Assembly (NCBI GenBank): GCA_963668645.2
Contig: CAXXWC010000021.1
Coordinates: 960,001-1,024,000, forward strand
DNA from: Desulfobacterales bacterium
GTDB taxonomy: Bacteria; Desulfobacterota; Desulfobacteria; Desulfobacterales; UBA2174
Reading direction: 5' to 3'
DNA length: 64,000 nt
Position 1 is the first letter of the stretch, and each line of letters opens with the position of its first letter. A model generated the notes under the pieces. The model worked only from the letters and a program-made list of their open reading frames with translations. It was not told the origin of the DNA and did no database searches. The position numbers were made by a program, and so were the translations under genes. Shown in pieces: positions 62,286 through 64,000 of the stretch.

Positions 62286-63971
62286 GTGCCGGATACAATA
62301 ACTTCCACCCCAAAAGGCCTGCGCCGGTTGACCCTGGGCCAAATTCTCGACGAGACCGTGGCCCGCTTTGCCGAACGGGAAGCCGTGATCTACGTCGATC
62401 GCGACTTTCGCCTGACCTGGCGCCAGTTCGGAGACCTGGTCGACCGGTTGGCCCGCGGTTTGATGGCCCTGGGGATCGGCCGCGGCGAAAAGGTCGCCGT
62501 CTGGGCCACCAACATCCCCTACTGGGTCGCACTGCAGTTCGCCACGGCCAAGATCGGCGCCGTGCTGCTCACCGTCAATACGAACTACCGGCGCAACGAG
62601 CTGGACTATCTGCTGCGCCAGAGCGAGACGGAAAACCTTTTTATTATCGACGGCTACCAGGATATCGACTACCTGTCGGTGGTCTACGAGCTTTTGCCCG
62701 AATTGCGCCTCCAGCAGCGCGGCTACCTGGAAAGCGAGCGCTACCCCCACCTCAAGCGCGTCTTTTTCCTCGGCCAGGAGAAGCATCGCGGCATGTATTC
62801 CATCCCCGAGCTGCTGTCCATGGCCGCCATGACCGGCGCCGACGAATACGCCCAACGCCAGGCGGCCCTGGACTGCGACGACGTGGTCAATATGCAGTAC
62901 ACCTCGGGCACCACCGGATTTCCCAAAGGGGTGATGCTCACCCACTACAACATCGGCAACAACGGCTTCTGGATCGGCGAGAACCAGCGGTTCAGCGAAA
63001 ACGATCGCGTCTGTCTGCCCGTGCCGCTGTTTCACTGTTTCGGCTGTGTGCTGGGTGTGCTGGCCGCCGTCAGTCACGGCACCTGCATGGTGATCCTGGA
63101 AAAATTCGACCCGATCCAGGTCATGGCCAGCGTGGAACAGGAGCGATGCACCGCCCTGTACGGCGTGCCGACGATGTTCATCGCCGCGTTGCAGCACTGG
63201 CTGTTCGACAAGTTCGACTTTTCCAGCCTGCGTACCGGGATCATGGCCGGCTCACCGTGCCCGGTCCAGGTGATGCGTGCGGTGATGGAAAAGATGCACA
63301 TGCACGAAATCACCATCTGCTACGGGCTGACCGAAGGTTCGCCGGTGATCACCCAGACCCTGGTGACGGACGACGTGCGGCGCCGCACCGAAACCGTGGG
63401 CCGTCCCATGCCCCACATCGAGGTGCGCATCGCCGACCCGGAGACCGGCCAGGTGCTGCCGGCCGGCCGCCAGGGCGAAATCTGTTGCCGGGGCTACAAC
63501 GTGATGAAGGGCTATTACAACATGCCTGAGGCGACCACCGAAGCCATCGATGCCGACGGGTGGCTCCACTCGGGCGATCTGGGGGTAATGGACGAAGATG
63601 GCTACCTGGCGATCACCGGACGGCACAAGGACATGATCATCCGCGGCGGCGAAAACATCTACCCGCGCGAGATCGAAGAGTACCTTTACGGACTCGAAGG
63701 GCTCTCCGACGTTCAGGTGGTCGGGGTGCCCAGCACCCGGTACGGCGAGGAGGTCGGCGCCTTCGTCATCACCAAGCCGGGGGCGGATCTGAGCGCCGCC
63801 GACGTACGCGATTTTTGCCGCGGCCGCATCAGCCGCTACAAGATTCCCAAGCACGTCGCCTTCGTGGACGCCTATCCGATGACGGCCAGTGGCAAGGTGC
63901 AAAAGTACAAGCTGGTGGATCTGTCCCGCACTCTTTTCCCGGACGACGATCCGGAAAAGCACCAGCAATGA
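62286..63971 (+). CDS. AMP-binding acyl-CoA synthetase
   Basis: QYTSGTTGFPKG, YGLTE, SGDLG, IIRGGENIYPREIE, TASGKVQK; probable GTG start after AGGAGG. Confidence 0.92.
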   Translation: MPDTITSTPKGLRRLTLGQILDETVARFAEREAVIYVDRDFRLTWRQFGDLVDRLARGLMALGIGRGEKVAVWATNIPYWVALQFATAKIGAVLLTVNTNYRRNELDYLLRQSETENLFIIDGYQDIDYLSVVYELLPELRLQQRGYLESERYPHLKRVFFLGQEKHRGMYSIPELLSMAAMTGADEYAQRQAALDCDDVVNMQYTSGTTGFPKGVMLTHYNIGNNGFWIGENQRFSENDRVCLPVPLFHCFGCVLGVLAAVSHGTCMVILEKFDPIQVMASVEQERCTALYGVPTMFIAALQHWLFDKFDFSSLRTGIMAGSPCPVQVMRAVMEKMHMHEITICYGLTEGSPVITQTLVTDDVRRRTETVGRPMPHIEVRIADPETGQVLPAGRQGEICCRGYNVMKGYYNMPEATTEAIDADGWLHSGDLGVMDEDGYLAITGRHKDMIIRGGENIYPREIEEYLYGLEGLSDVQVVGVPSTRYGEEVGAFVITKPGADLSAADVRDFCRGRISRYKIPKHVAFVDAYPMTASGKVQKYKLVDLSRTLFPDDDPEKHQQ

Positions 63972-64000
63972 CACCCTACCGCATCGATGCCGTTCTGTTC
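63968..64000 (+). CDS. 5' end of next gene (MTPYRIDAVLF...), probably a HAD hydrolase
   Basis: ATGA overlap with the upstream stop; AVLF would precede HAD motif I. Confidence 0.5.
   Translation, partial: MTPYRIDAVLF

Overview
GC-rich bacterial chromosome, most likely a sulfate-reducing deltaproteobacterium (Desulfobacterota; inferred from gene content such as selC, dapL, PilR/pilin and this IS type). 1-4003 is one end of an integrated phage-satellite/prophage-like element: integrase, excisionase-like HTH, a replication initiator with internal iterons, and a 3' tRNA-Ala(CGC) fragment as att. It is followed by a HipB-like/IS66 deletion scar. 5.1-13.8 kb is a type IV pilin locus: PilR, a sigma54 promoter, pilA, two TMTC-like GT-C/TPR membrane proteins and a polyprenol-P-sugar synthase-like GT2. 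Two near-identical ~1.67 kb IS copies have 6-bp TAGNNN target duplications. Core genes include pyrCB, lepB, pgpA, larC, selC, tRNA-Arg(ACG) next to tadA, purA and tRNA-Pro. A cobalamin-riboswitch-like leader precedes a signal-peptide-bearing tandem tetrapyrrole methyltransferase-fold protein. An AT-rich islet holds a hybrid kinase broken by one in-frame TAG. A lactate permease/FadR/TctCBA/GGT-family operon follows, then mostly housekeeping genes (CANSDH/nspC, rlmN-like, typA, frameshifted serA, murJ, dapL, lysA). The best novelty candidates are the pilin-linked TMTC-type glycosylation system and the exported B12-regulated double methyltransferase-fold protein. All calls come from motif recognition by eye; no database searches were run.
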